Of a stretch of 45,127 bases of DNA, positions 27,682 through 36,935 are shown piece by piece; within the stretch, counting starts at the first letter, position 1, and each line of letters opens with the position of its first letter. The notes beneath the pieces are model-generated. The model did no database searches, was not told the origin of the DNA, and was given only the letters and a program-made list of their open reading frames with translations. Made by a program: the position numbers and the translations under genes. This stretch comes from Acutalibacteraceae bacterium (GTDB taxonomy: Bacteria > Bacillota > Clostridia > Oscillospirales > Acutalibacteraceae): positions 1 through 45,127 of the forward strand of contig JAZNRG010000155.1 in assembly GCA_045590575.1 (NCBI GenBank), read 5' to 3'.

Positions 27682-27908
27682 TTTAGTTATGACAGATTTG
27701 CCCGCAAAACAAATTAATTTTCGCGGTCCGATTATCAAATAATTTTGTGCACACATGTCCAGCCGCCAATGACTCAATTTCATCACCGAACAATAAAAAA
27801 GGCAGAGCTTATTGTACTTCCCCGGCATACCATTTTGCAGGCGGCTCTCCTGTTATTGTTTTGTTCAGCTCATCTCCATTCGCCTGTATTTGTTTTAGTT
27901 ATGACAGA
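27682..27908. repeat. Two direct copies of the 15-mer TTTAGTTATGACAGA
   Basis: Exact copies at 27682-27696 and 27894-27908; more copies at 33.5-34.3 kb. Confidence 0.8.
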
Positions 27909-28284
27909 ACAAGTCAAAAAAGTTACAGTTTTTATCAACTCCTTTCAGATTTATTGCCGTTCATATCCCGACTCGCCTTTCCTCTTGGCGCGCTGTCTTT
28001 TAAGAGTCACGGCAAGCTTCTCCGAGGTCGGTTTTATCGGGGCGGTCATTCAGTTTTCAAGGTGCGTTGCTGAGTGTGAATACAAAATATCACCTTTTCA
28101 TCTTCTTTTGTTAACTGCCAAAACCACAAAACCGATTTTGTCATAGCTTTTTTCGCTTTTTTGTTCCCTATTTTATTTTTTAGAAATTTACATATGCAAC
28201 TGCAACAAACACAACCCCTTGTTTTTTGTTGTATTGCACAAGAAGAATTCATCTTTAAATGTTGAATTAATTTTTTGACAACAA

Positions 28285-28320
28285 AAAACCTTGAAAATCA
28301 TTACTGATTTCCAAGGTTTT
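28285..28320 (-). terminator. Probable terminator
   Basis: Minus strand AAAACCTTGGAAATCA-gtaa-TGATTTTCAAGGTTTTTT. Confidence 0.65.
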
Positions 28321-28340
28321 CGGCTTTATTAAGTTGTTTA

Positions 28341-29036
28341 TCAAAGGTTTTTGCGGAAATAAAGCACTTTATTCTCCTTCAAAAACTGATTAACGGTATC
28401 AATATCAACGAACAGCATATACTTGAGAATATGCTTGTACGCTCTGATTCTGATTGTTTTTGCATCAAGATTTATTCCGTAAGATCTGAACAAGCCTTCC
28501 GCAACCAGATAGTCAATTTTGAATGTCCAGCAGATATTTTTGAGCGTTTTAAGATCGGGAACATAATCACTGCGCTTCATTATGCGGTCATATGTAGCAT
28601 CGCTCATAAGAGTTTTTATTTTAAAAGTGCTTCTTTGAATATTGTTGTTATAAAAGATTGTTTGTAAGGCTATATGAGGCATAGCCATTGAATCTTTTAT
28701 TGATTTTGTTTCACGCCTGAACTTTTCTTTAACAAAGTCCAGCATATACCTCTGAAAAATCTGATAGTTGATATTGCGGTAATCGATTTCCTTCTGAAAA
28801 ATCTCTCTGTCCGCAACAAATTCAGGCACGGGTGCAGTTATAAATCTGTTGATTCGGGTAGGATTATTGTTGAATTTCTTTTTTGCGTAAACAGGAACTC
28901 TGACTTCCGTTTTGTTCTTGATAATCCGCTTCGGCTCCTTAAGAGGAACAGGCTCCAGAATAAAGATGTCATCATCGGGAACCACATCAAATATATCAAG
29001 TTCGGGAACAAATTTTAAATCAAATTCATCGTCCAT
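28341..29036 (-). CDS. Hypothetical protein with C-terminal XRE-like HTH
   Basis: GGAGG RBS before MDDEF; TLMSDATYDRIMKRSDYVPDLKTLKNICWTF..AEGLFRSYG. Confidence 0.6.
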   Translation of the reverse strand: MDDEFDLKFVPELDIFDVVPDDDIFILEPVPLKEPKRIIKNKTEVRVPVYAKKKFNNNPTRINRFITAPVPEFVADREIFQKEIDYRNINYQIFQRYMLDFVKEKFRRETKSIKDSMAMPHIALQTIFYNNNIQRSTFKIKTLMSDATYDRIMKRSDYVPDLKTLKNICWTFKIDYLVAEGLFRSYGINLDAKTIRIRAYKHILKYMLFVDIDTVNQFLKENKVLYFRKNL

Positions 29037-29050
29037 ATTAATCCTCCGTA

Positions 29051-29515
29051 TCAACAAAACTTAGTCTCTGTTTTACCGTCAACAACATCAACGATGCAAT
29101 ATTTTCCTGCATTTGCAAGAGCACCGGGATTGATAACAAGCAGATTTCCGTCTTCTTCACAGTACTGAATATGAGTATGACCGTAGAGACAAATATCTGC
29201 CCCTTTTTCGAGTGCAGCCTTCTTGATTCTGCTCAAATCCTCTTTTACACGGTATAAATCACCGTGAGAAGCAAAGACCTTCTTGCCTGCAAAATCAAAA
29301 AGCTCATATGCGTCGGCGTTTGAATCGAAATCACAGTTACCTTTGACTTTTACGCTTTTAATTTTCGGGTCAAACATAGTGATATCTTCAAACTTTTCCA
29401 AACCGTCGCCAAGAAAAACAAACAGCTTCGCATCATTTCTGTGCTCCGCGATTATTCGCTTGAGAAAATCTTTATCGTTATGCGAATCAGACAGAACAAT
29501 CATTCTCATAGCCAT
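29051..29515 (-). CDS. YfcE/MJ0936-family metallophosphoesterase
   Basis: SDSH, LGDG, KGNCD, SHG, YGHTH and NPGA motifs. Confidence 0.92.
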   Translation of the reverse strand: MAMRMIVLSDSHNDKDFLKRIIAEHRNDAKLFVFLGDGLEKFEDITMFDPKIKSVKVKGNCDFDSNADAYELFDFAGKKVFASHGDLYRVKEDLSRIKKAALEKGADICLYGHTHIQYCEEDGNLLVINPGALANAGKYCIVDVVDGKTETKFC

Positions 29516-29719
29516 TACAACTCCTTGTGGTTGATTATAATGCAAAGTTATAAAGAGGTCATATAAGTACAACTATCTCAAACGATTAATTCGAGCTATA
29601 TTTTTTAATTCGTTCATTCAACCAATTAACTTGGCGTTTAACAATCCTTCCAGGAACACTTACCATGATAAACGTTACGCTTTCTTATCTAAAACGTTTC
29701 AATAATTTTTTCATAATCA

Positions 29720-30730
29720 TCACCGAATCTTTCTCAAAAGACTCTTAAAAAACAGATAAAATTTATTCTTATACAAAAGTTTATGAGTTTTTGTGGCCTT
29801 AACTAAAAACTCCTCGTGACCCTTAGGCCAGTACACCTTAGACCTTCTGCCTGCCTTTTCAATGGGTTGGTTAAAAATGCTCACTAAAAATTCTTCTGCA
29901 TTCTTAAATGTTTCAGAAATATAATGCTCATCATTAAATATTGGTTCATTAAGCATTTGCAAATACAGCTCATCATTATTATCAATCTCTATAACTCTTT
30001 TCACTGCATCTTCGACTGTTTCATATTTTGCAACATTTATAAATGCTTTCGGATTAAATATTCTTTCTATTTCAGGATCTCCGTAATAAATAGGAATTGT
30101 TTCAGAATAAAAAGCATCCATTATTTTTTCAGTATTAAATCCATTATTAACTGCACTTTCAACACACAATGAGAATTTACACTTCTTTTGAAATTCTGTT
30201 TTGCTGTTATCCTGAAACCTTACTTGCTCATCACAATTCCTCAAAAACTTACCGGGACTATCCACAAATTTATATTTTGACAACTCATTAAACAACCTGC
30301 TTCTGTAATTGTTTTCCGAATCATAACTTGCTATAAGATTTGCAAATTTTGTTTTGTTTTTCAACGTACTACGATCAAAACAGTTTTTCCTGTTTTCAAT
30401 TTTCACTCTTTCCCCATCATAACCAAACATACTTGCCGGAAGAAAAAAGTTTCTGTCGCTAAAAATTATAGGATAACTGCATATGCTATAGTCCACCAAA
30501 TTAAAATCAGGAATATAGTTTTCTCCGGAATACATTATTCTGATTTGATTCATTCCGCAATATTCGTACAAATCAAAACATGAACATATAACATAATCCG
30601 CATCCTGACATTCTACTATATCGAAATTGTTATCCAACGTTTTATATAGCCATGTATCTTTTAACTTAACTCCATTTATGTAGCCTTGACTTTGAAAGCC
30701 GACAAATTTAATCTTTATTGTTTTTTTCAT
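29720..30730 (-). CDS. Glycosyltransferase family 10 (alpha-1,3/4-fucosyltransferase-like)
   Basis: SGENYIPDFN, KFSLCVES...GFNTEKIMDAF...IPIYYG, FNPKAFIN. Confidence 0.9.
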   Translation of the reverse strand: MKKTIKIKFVGFQSQGYINGVKLKDTWLYKTLDNNFDIVECQDADYVICSCFDLYEYCGMNQIRIMYSGENYIPDFNLVDYSICSYPIIFSDRNFFLPASMFGYDGERVKIENRKNCFDRSTLKNKTKFANLIASYDSENNYRSRLFNELSKYKFVDSPGKFLRNCDEQVRFQDNSKTEFQKKCKFSLCVESAVNNGFNTEKIMDAFYSETIPIYYGDPEIERIFNPKAFINVAKYETVEDAVKRVIEIDNNDELYLQMLNEPIFNDEHYISETFKNAEEFLVSIFNQPIEKAGRRSKVYWPKGHEEFLVKATKTHKLLYKNKFYLFFKSLLRKIR

Positions 30731-30860
30731 TTGAAACTCCATTCTATAAAACCAGAACCTTTGAGAAAGAATTCAAGAAAATCCCTTTGATAAGTCATTT
30801 GAAATCTGTATATCAAAAGCCGTTCTGATTCGAATCCATATTCTATCCTTGCACAACCTT

Positions 30861-31784
30861 CTATTTAATTTTTAAAACAAACTTCAATTTCGATTTTAAG
30901 AATCTAAAAATATTACACAGTGCGCCAAAAACACTATTATTTAAAAATTTATACAAACCGGAATTTTTAGTTTTTAAACCAACAAGAATAGTCTGCCAAA
31001 GATACAATCCTTCTTCCAAAGCTTTTCTCGTCGAAAAATGGAGAAGTGCGCAGTCTTCAAACTTTTTGCCGTTTTTATCGGTTACATCAAGCTTTCCTTT
31101 GATTATATCAATTTTATTTATTGTGTATTTTGAAGGTAAAGCAATACATTTTGAAGTGCTCGGTTTCGCATGACAAAGAAATCCATTTATACCCATTGCA
31201 ATATTAAATATAGGGTCATCGCGAAGATCTTTTCCACATAACAAAAAAGGATATGTGCCGAGCAATGGATCCTTTCCTATATTTTGAGATATCCTGATAC
31301 AATCATCGTACATTTTATGACATTTTTGACCTTTTCTAATAAATATGTAGCCTGGATTAAAAAGCGGAACTATCGCTTCTTTAGAAAGTTCAGGAATAAG
31401 TTCAAACAAACGATTTCTTGTTTCCTCCGTTTTAAACCAAGGCTCCAATCCACCTGCATTCCATCCAAAACTCGAGCAATCAGATTCGTGGGACAACAAC
31501 TCCCAAAAGAAATCAAGATTTCTGTATATAAGGCAATCAGGTTCAATAAAGATTGATTCATCATAAGGTGATTTAATCAGCAAAGAAAATTTATCCATAT
31601 AATTACCGTTTGCTTTTTCAAGAACAACAACATCATCAAATAAATCAGTATATTGATTTTCTTTGTCACAAATAATGGCGAACTGAACACCCGGATTATG
31701 AAGTCTGAACGAAGCAAGCAAATTAGCAGCCATTTTATAATAAATCTCTTTACCGGTTGCCAAAGTAACAAATCCTCTAACCAT
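30861..31784 (-). CDS. Putative GT-A fold glycosyltransferase-like protein
   Basis: GFVTLATG...SPYDESIFIEPDCL (DxD-position variant), FNPGYIF and DDPIFN; glycan-gene context. Confidence 0.55.
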   Translation of the reverse strand: MVRGFVTLATGKEIYYKMAANLLASFRLHNPGVQFAIICDKENQYTDLFDDVVVLEKANGNYMDKFSLLIKSPYDESIFIEPDCLIYRNLDFFWELLSHESDCSSFGWNAGGLEPWFKTEETRNRLFELIPELSKEAIVPLFNPGYIFIRKGQKCHKMYDDCIRISQNIGKDPLLGTYPFLLCGKDLRDDPIFNIAMGINGFLCHAKPSTSKCIALPSKYTINKIDIIKGKLDVTDKNGKKFEDCALLHFSTRKALEEGLYLWQTILVGLKTKNSGLYKFLNNSVFGALCNIFRFLKSKLKFVLKIK

Positions 31785-31946
31785 AATATCACCATAAATC
31801 TAAATTTTTATAATATATAATAATATCATTAAGCAAAACAATTTGTCAACTGGCAACAACCCGCAATCATATTTTAACACAGTTGTATTGCATTTTGGGT
31901 TTCTTGGATATATAATATAATCATCACATTTAAAAGAGGTTGCAAC

Positions 31947-33203
31947 ATGAGAGTTTTGATTTATTATCCGCCCAACAAACTGGGAATGAGCGATTTCAGA
32001 AAAACCGATTATTCCACCCTTGCCGAAAGAGCAAAAAAAGAGTTGGATGGCAAAATTCCTAACTTTGGTAACAAGGTTTGGCTACAAGGCATTTTATCCG
32101 AAATCGATGTTAAAGAAACAACATACGAGTTTGGATATGATGAGTTATCAGAAAATTTCATCAATCACAACTACGATTGTGTTCTTTTGCCTTTAGCAAA
32201 TTGCTTCCATTTGAATTGGGCGCAATATATGGAAAAAAGAGCATCTCATATCAGCAAACTTAAAATTCCGGTTTACGTTATCGCCTGCGGAATACAAGCT
32301 AAATCGTACGATGAAATAGATACTTTAGTAGGGGCAATAAAAGAACCCTCAACCAAATTTATAAAATCAGTTTACAATACCGGCGGAGAGTTCGCTCTCA
32401 GAGGATATTTCACGGCAGAGTTTTTCAGTCGTCTCGGTTTTAAAGACGCCGTCGTAACCGGTTGCCCTTCAATTTTCCAAATGGGGCGAAACCTGACAAT
32501 TTCCAACGAAAAGGTTCCAAAAGAAGATTTCATCTCTACTATCAACGGAACATTTAAACTACCGGTTATGGAAAAATGTATCAAAACATCTGATTTTATT
32601 TGTCAAGATATATATGGAAAAATGCTTTATGATCCGGAATATTTTGTATCAAATCCAATTGATTTTCGAAGAATTCTAAAATATATAAAAAGAGGAGACT
32701 ACGATTTTGTAAGAGCGTTAGCAAATAATAAAATAAAATTATTTGCCGACACGCAACAATGGATGAGTTATTATGTTCACAACAATGTCAGTTTCTCATT
32801 TGGAAGCAGAATCCACGGAACAATAATGCCCATTCTCTCAGGTGTTCCTTCATTGTGCTATACCACAGATGCAAGAACACGTGAAATGGCAGAATTTTTT
32901 GATATACCTCATATTACTCCTTCTCAAAATCCTTCAAAAAAAGATATGTATGAATGGTATTGCGAAACTGATTACAGTACTTTTAACAATAATTTCTCCA
33001 AGAGATTTGATGACTTCGAAAAATTCTTGCAAAAATGCGGCTTGGTAAAAAAAATCAATCAAAAAAACTCTTTTATGAAAAAAACTGCAGAAAGATTCGA
33101 GTATCCGGAAATAGTTAATATTAGACATATTAATGCTTTGAAAAAAACTGTTTCTCGCAATGAATTACTATTTGCATCATTAAACTACCATTTCAAAAAA
33201 TAA
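31947..33203 (+). CDS. Polysaccharide pyruvyl transferase family protein
   Basis: NFGN, ALRGYFT, TGCPS, GSRIHG and DARTREMAEF. Confidence 0.8.
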   Translation: MRVLIYYPPNKLGMSDFRKTDYSTLAERAKKELDGKIPNFGNKVWLQGILSEIDVKETTYEFGYDELSENFINHNYDCVLLPLANCFHLNWAQYMEKRASHISKLKIPVYVIACGIQAKSYDEIDTLVGAIKEPSTKFIKSVYNTGGEFALRGYFTAEFFSRLGFKDAVVTGCPSIFQMGRNLTISNEKVPKEDFISTINGTFKLPVMEKCIKTSDFICQDIYGKMLYDPEYFVSNPIDFRRILKYIKRGDYDFVRALANNKIKLFADTQQWMSYYVHNNVSFSFGSRIHGTIMPILSGVPSLCYTTDARTREMAEFFDIPHITPSQNPSKKDMYEWYCETDYSTFNNNFSKRFDDFEKFLQKCGLVKKINQKNSFMKKTAERFEYPEIVNIRHINALKKTVSRNELLFASLNYHFKK

Positions 33204-33222
33204 TCTTTCACTATCATATCAC

Positions 33223-33254
33223 AAAACAGCCACTGTGTTGCAGTGGCTGTTTTT
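33223..33254 (+). terminator. Bidirectional-type terminator
   Basis: AAAACAGCCACTG-tgttg-CAGTGGCTGTTTTT. Confidence 0.85.
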
Positions 33255-33503
33255 ATTTGTCATATCAAAGTTTAGCAAAGAATAATAGAACAATTAACGC
33301 CTTAACTCCTTATATAACAGCCATATAATTTATTATAATTTCTGTTGATTTCTTATTATTTATCATCGCCTCAACCGCTTGACACACAAGCGGTTCGGAG
33401 ATTCAAAAATATAAATATACATATCCGCAAAAACATTTACAGTTCAAAAGAATTAACTACATTTTTCAAAAAACATCTACATTTTTGTCCTCATCTGTCA
33501 TAA

Positions 33504-33920
33504 CTAAAATCCTGCTATATTGTCGCATTTTGCGAACTTCACTATCGCTCCGTCAAAGAACGATTCCGTGCCGTTTTCGTCGTGTTCATAGGCTATAGGA
33601 AACGGCATTTTAACACACAAATCAACATCCTTTGATTCGTTAAAAAGCCAAGGGATAACAAGGAATGTGTATCTCATCAGTGTGGCTTTTATCGCCTCTG
33701 CAGCTACGTCCTCCGAGAAACAAACACCTGCTTTTTTGCGGTATAATTCAACAGAATCATCATCACTGTTGTCAACGCAATATCTGACACGTTTACCGTT
33801 ACCGTCAACGCAAAAAATCTTTTGCCAATCGGCAAAATTCATAAGTAATTGTTGGACTTCGGCTATGATTTTTTCGTTGTCATAATCTGCCCATCTTTCG
33901 ATTAATGTCATTTTCGTCAT
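33504..33920 (-). CDS. Hypothetical protein (138 aa), possibly 3'-truncated
   Basis: Open frame whose TAG stop lies inside the 18-bp repeat. Confidence 0.5.
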   Translation of the reverse strand: MTKMTLIERWADYDNEKIIAEVQQLLMNFADWQKIFCVDGNGKRVRYCVDNSDDDSVELYRKKAGVCFSEDVAAEAIKATLMRYTFLVIPWLFNESKDVDLCVKMPFPIAYEHDENGTESFFDGAIVKFAKCDNIAGF

Positions 33921-34008
33921 CCTTTCATCGTTTTGTTACCGTTTTACTATTGCATTTTTGTACCTCCATCCGTCATATTTAATTTAATTATGACAGATAC
34001 AAATTCTT

Positions 34009-34269
34009 TCAATCATCAAAAACATCAAAAGTGCACTTTGCACCTAATTTAAATCCGTTTTTGAATGATTCTTTACTTGTTTCCGAATTGACATACGTCC
34101 ACGCATCAACATACTGTTCAAACAAAACAAGATTGTCACGGTCCAGATTCTCAAGCAATTTTCTTTCTGTTTCCGAAAGCACAAAGCTTTTCTTCCTGAA
34201 CTTCTGTGACTTGTTCAGTTTAGTCTTCTGCGCATTGATATTTCCGAAATACAGATCATCAATAAACAT
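34009..34269 (-). CDS. Small hypothetical protein (DUF6809-like)
   Basis: GGAGG RBS; IDDLYFGNI...L..E..L...F..GFKLGAK pattern. Confidence 0.7.
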   Translation of the reverse strand: MFIDDLYFGNINAQKTKLNKSQKFRKKSFVLSETERKLLENLDRDNLVLFEQYVDAWTYVNSETSKESFKNGFKLGAKCTFDVFDD

Positions 34270-34371
34270 CTCACCCACCTCCTCTTCATTTAAAACTCCC
34301 TATGTCTTGATTGGTTGTTTTAGTTATGACAGATGGGTGGGTGAGATAATATGCAAAAACAACAACACAAA

Positions 34372-34423
34372 ATAAAATCCGCCCCAAATTGTACTTTACA
34401 TACAATTCGGAGCGGATTTTATT
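34372..34423 (-). terminator. Probable terminator after the MBOAT gene
   Basis: AATAAAATCCGC...AATTGTA/TACAATT...GCGGATTTTATT imperfect hairpin. Confidence 0.6.
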
Positions 34424-34438
34424 AACACAATATTTATT

Positions 34439-35878
34439 TTAAAACTGAAAATAAATAAACGGATTACTTCCTGTATAAGCAAAAATAACAAGCAAACCAA
34501 TCGCTGTTATAAAGATTATCTGATGACTCATTTTGTCGGGTTTAAGTATAGGATAGAATCCGCTTACAGTCTTCTCGTTGTTCTTTTTGGCAAATATACA
34601 AGCTATTATTGTGGCGATAACAACAGCAACAACGCTTACTACAGACCATGTATAAACCTGCAGAATACCGTCATTCCAGCAGAACATCTGCTTGTAAAGC
34701 GAAAATGCCGTAGAGAAGTCATCAGCTCTGAAAAGAACCCAACCAAAACATACTGCTATATATGTACAAAGAGTACTTAAAGCATTTGTAAACGTGTTAC
34801 CTTTTTGGCCTTTTCTGATTCTCTTGAAAATTTTGTGAACACATAACAAAACACCGTGCAGTGCACCCCAAAGAACAAAATTCCAACTTGCACCGTGCCA
34901 TAATCCGCCGAGAATCATTGTTATCAGAAGATTGGCATAAGTTCTTGCAACACCTTTCCTGTTTCCGCCAAGCGAAATATAAAGATATTGCTGAAGCCAT
35001 GAAGAAAGACTGATATGCCATCTCTTCCAGAATTCACTCGGATTCTTCGAAATATAGGGCATATTGAAATTTCTGTTAAAATCATAGCCAAGGCATTTTG
35101 CACAGCCTACCGCCATATCGGAATATCCCGAAAAGTCGAAATAAATCTGTATAGAATATGAAACAACCGCGAAAATTACCGAAAAAGAATGGAATGCTTC
35201 CGGTTTTGAAAAAACGTCGTCAACAAACACTGACAAATGATCAGCAAACACAACTTTTTTGAACAATCCGAAAACAAATATCTGGGCTCCGGTTATGACG
35301 TTTTCTTTTGTTATTCTTCGGTCTTCATATAACTGCGGAATAAAATCCGATGCCTTAACAACAGGGCCTGCCACAAGCTGAGGGAAGAACGACACATATA
35401 AAGCAACATTCAAAAAGCTTTCGCTTTTAATATCTTTCCGCATAACATCAATGGTGTAACTCATTGATTGAAAAGTATAGAACGATATTCCGACCGGAAG
35501 AATTATGCTGAGTGTTCCTAAATTTTCAATTTTAAAAGCAGTTGAAAATGATTCGAGGAAAAAGTTAAAGTATTTAAAGAAACCAAGGATTACAAGAGGA
35601 AATGCAACTCCGAGAAATTTGAAGAATCTGCTGTATTTCTCTTTACTTATGTTCCGAGCCGAAATGTACGCAATAAAAGTCAGACTCAGCATCAGGAAAC
35701 AGAACCGCCAGTCCCACCATCCGTAGAAAACATAGCTTGCAATAAGAAGAAATATATGTTTGAATCTTCTCACATAAGGTTCTGCAACTTTTCTGCCTAC
35801 AGCTTTGCTTTCAGCCACAAGCAAAACTGAAAAAACTATTGCAAAAAATATAAAGAATTCAATGCTTGAAAAAACCAT
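34439..35878 (-). CDS. MBOAT O-acyltransferase (AlgI/PatA-like)
   Basis: LPVGISFYTFQ, FFPQLVAGP, QIYFDFSGYSDMA, FWKRWHISLS and GLWHGASWNF. Confidence 0.95.
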   Translation of the reverse strand: MVFSSIEFFIFFAIVFSVLLVAESKAVGRKVAEPYVRRFKHIFLLIASYVFYGWWDWRFCFLMLSLTFIAYISARNISKEKYSRFFKFLGVAFPLVILGFFKYFNFFLESFSTAFKIENLGTLSIILPVGISFYTFQSMSYTIDVMRKDIKSESFLNVALYVSFFPQLVAGPVVKASDFIPQLYEDRRITKENVITGAQIFVFGLFKKVVFADHLSVFVDDVFSKPEAFHSFSVIFAVVSYSIQIYFDFSGYSDMAVGCAKCLGYDFNRNFNMPYISKNPSEFWKRWHISLSSWLQQYLYISLGGNRKGVARTYANLLITMILGGLWHGASWNFVLWGALHGVLLCVHKIFKRIRKGQKGNTFTNALSTLCTYIAVCFGWVLFRADDFSTAFSLYKQMFCWNDGILQVYTWSVVSVVAVVIATIIACIFAKKNNEKTVSGFYPILKPDKMSHQIIFITAIGLLVIFAYTGSNPFIYFQF

Positions 35879-35885
35879 TTTACTC

Positions 35886-36935
35886 TTATGCTCCAATCAG
35901 ATTGTTCTTTTCCAAAGCGGAAATATGCTCATACAAAACATTAGCTATAGTTTCATGACCGTATTTATTCAGATGACCAACGCCTATCGCTGTATTAGAA
36001 AAACCATGAGGAAGCTTGTTTGTTTCGCAATATTTCTTCGAAAACTCATCGCGCATATCTATAAAATCAATACCGTTTCGGTGACAAGCGGATACAAAAA
36101 TTTTCTCTTCCGAACTTGATTTATAAGAAACCACATTTCCGCCTTCGTCTATGTTCAGACTTGTATTAAGCATTATAATAAGTCTGATACCGTTTTCTTG
36201 AGCAATAATTTTCATGTTATACAGAAGCTCATTTACCGCATGTTCATAAGCGCTATTGTAATCTGTTTCATTTTCCGAAGATACATTTTCATTTTTATTA
36301 TCATTTTTCTTTACATCAAAGTCCATCTTATCGAGCTGATAATAAACACATCTGACAAACGGGATCTTCTGCAAAAAAATCAATATAGGATTGGCAGATG
36401 AATGTATCTTTTTTACTGTCCCTGCTGAAATGTTTTCTATATCATCCATTGACAAATCAACACTGTTAACCTCAATAACCACATATTTGCTCGGCTTAAA
36501 CTCATCAACCGCATTTTCAAGATTATTGAAGCATATTGCTGCCGTATGACCGGAAACACCTATGTTATAAGCTCTGAAATCATTTCCGCTTGACACAGCA
36601 AATGAATTAAGAAGAGAAACATAATTTTCTTCTTGAGAAACATTGAATCCCTCTGTGTGTGATGAGCCCATAACAAGAATTTCGGGACTTACGCTATATT
36701 CAGTTGACAGATTATTAAAACCATTTGAATCTGTTTTACCCAAAGCAAAACCTTCAGTTCCTTTGGAATAGAACTTATCCGCTTCCCAAACATAATCGGT
36801 CGAGTTTGTTTTTGATTCGGAATGAACAGGCACATTGTAGTAAAAAAAGCACACTATATTCAGAATGACAAATGCTGCAACCGCTGAGCAAGCTAATTTA
36901 ATTAAACATTTTATATTCAATCTGACATACTCCAA
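35886..36935 (-). CDS. SGNH-like acyltransferase partner (AlgJ/PatB-like)
   Basis: N-terminal TM, MGSSHTEG, YNIGVSG and GHLNKYGH; upstream of the MBOAT gene. Start uncertain. Confidence 0.65.
   Translation of the reverse strand: MEYVRLNIKCLIKLACSAVAAFVILNIVCFFYYNVPVHSESKTNSTDYVWEADKFYSKGTEGFALGKTDSNGFNNLSTEYSVSPEILVMGSSHTEGFNVSQEENYVSLLNSFAVSSGNDFRAYNIGVSGHTAAICFNNLENAVDEFKPSKYVVIEVNSVDLSMDDIENISAGTVKKIHSSANPILIFLQKIPFVRCVYYQLDKMDFDVKKNDNKNENVSSENETDYNSAYEHAVNELLYNMKIIAQENGIRLIIMLNTSLNIDEGGNVVSYKSSSEEKIFVSACHRNGIDFIDMRDEFSKKYCETNKLPHGFSNTAIGVGHLNKYGHETIANVLYEHISALEKNNLIGA

Larger units (their letters stand above)
33492..34335. repeat. 844-bp segment bounded by a perfect 18-bp inverted repeat
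   Basis: CATCTGTCATAACTAAAA (33492-33509) / TTTTAGTTATGACAGATG (34318-34335). An internal 1-mismatch copy lies at 33983-33997. Confidence 0.75.

Noticed and set aside
27745-28252. ORFs of 133, 108 and 68 aa upstream of the DUF6870-like gene
   Set aside because: No convincing RBS or protein-like composition; the region looks regulatory.
33492-34335. Insertion sequence or integron cassette
   Set aside because: No transposase or IntI is present, and there is no evident target-site duplication or attC consensus. Kept only as an unexplained inverted-repeat cassette.
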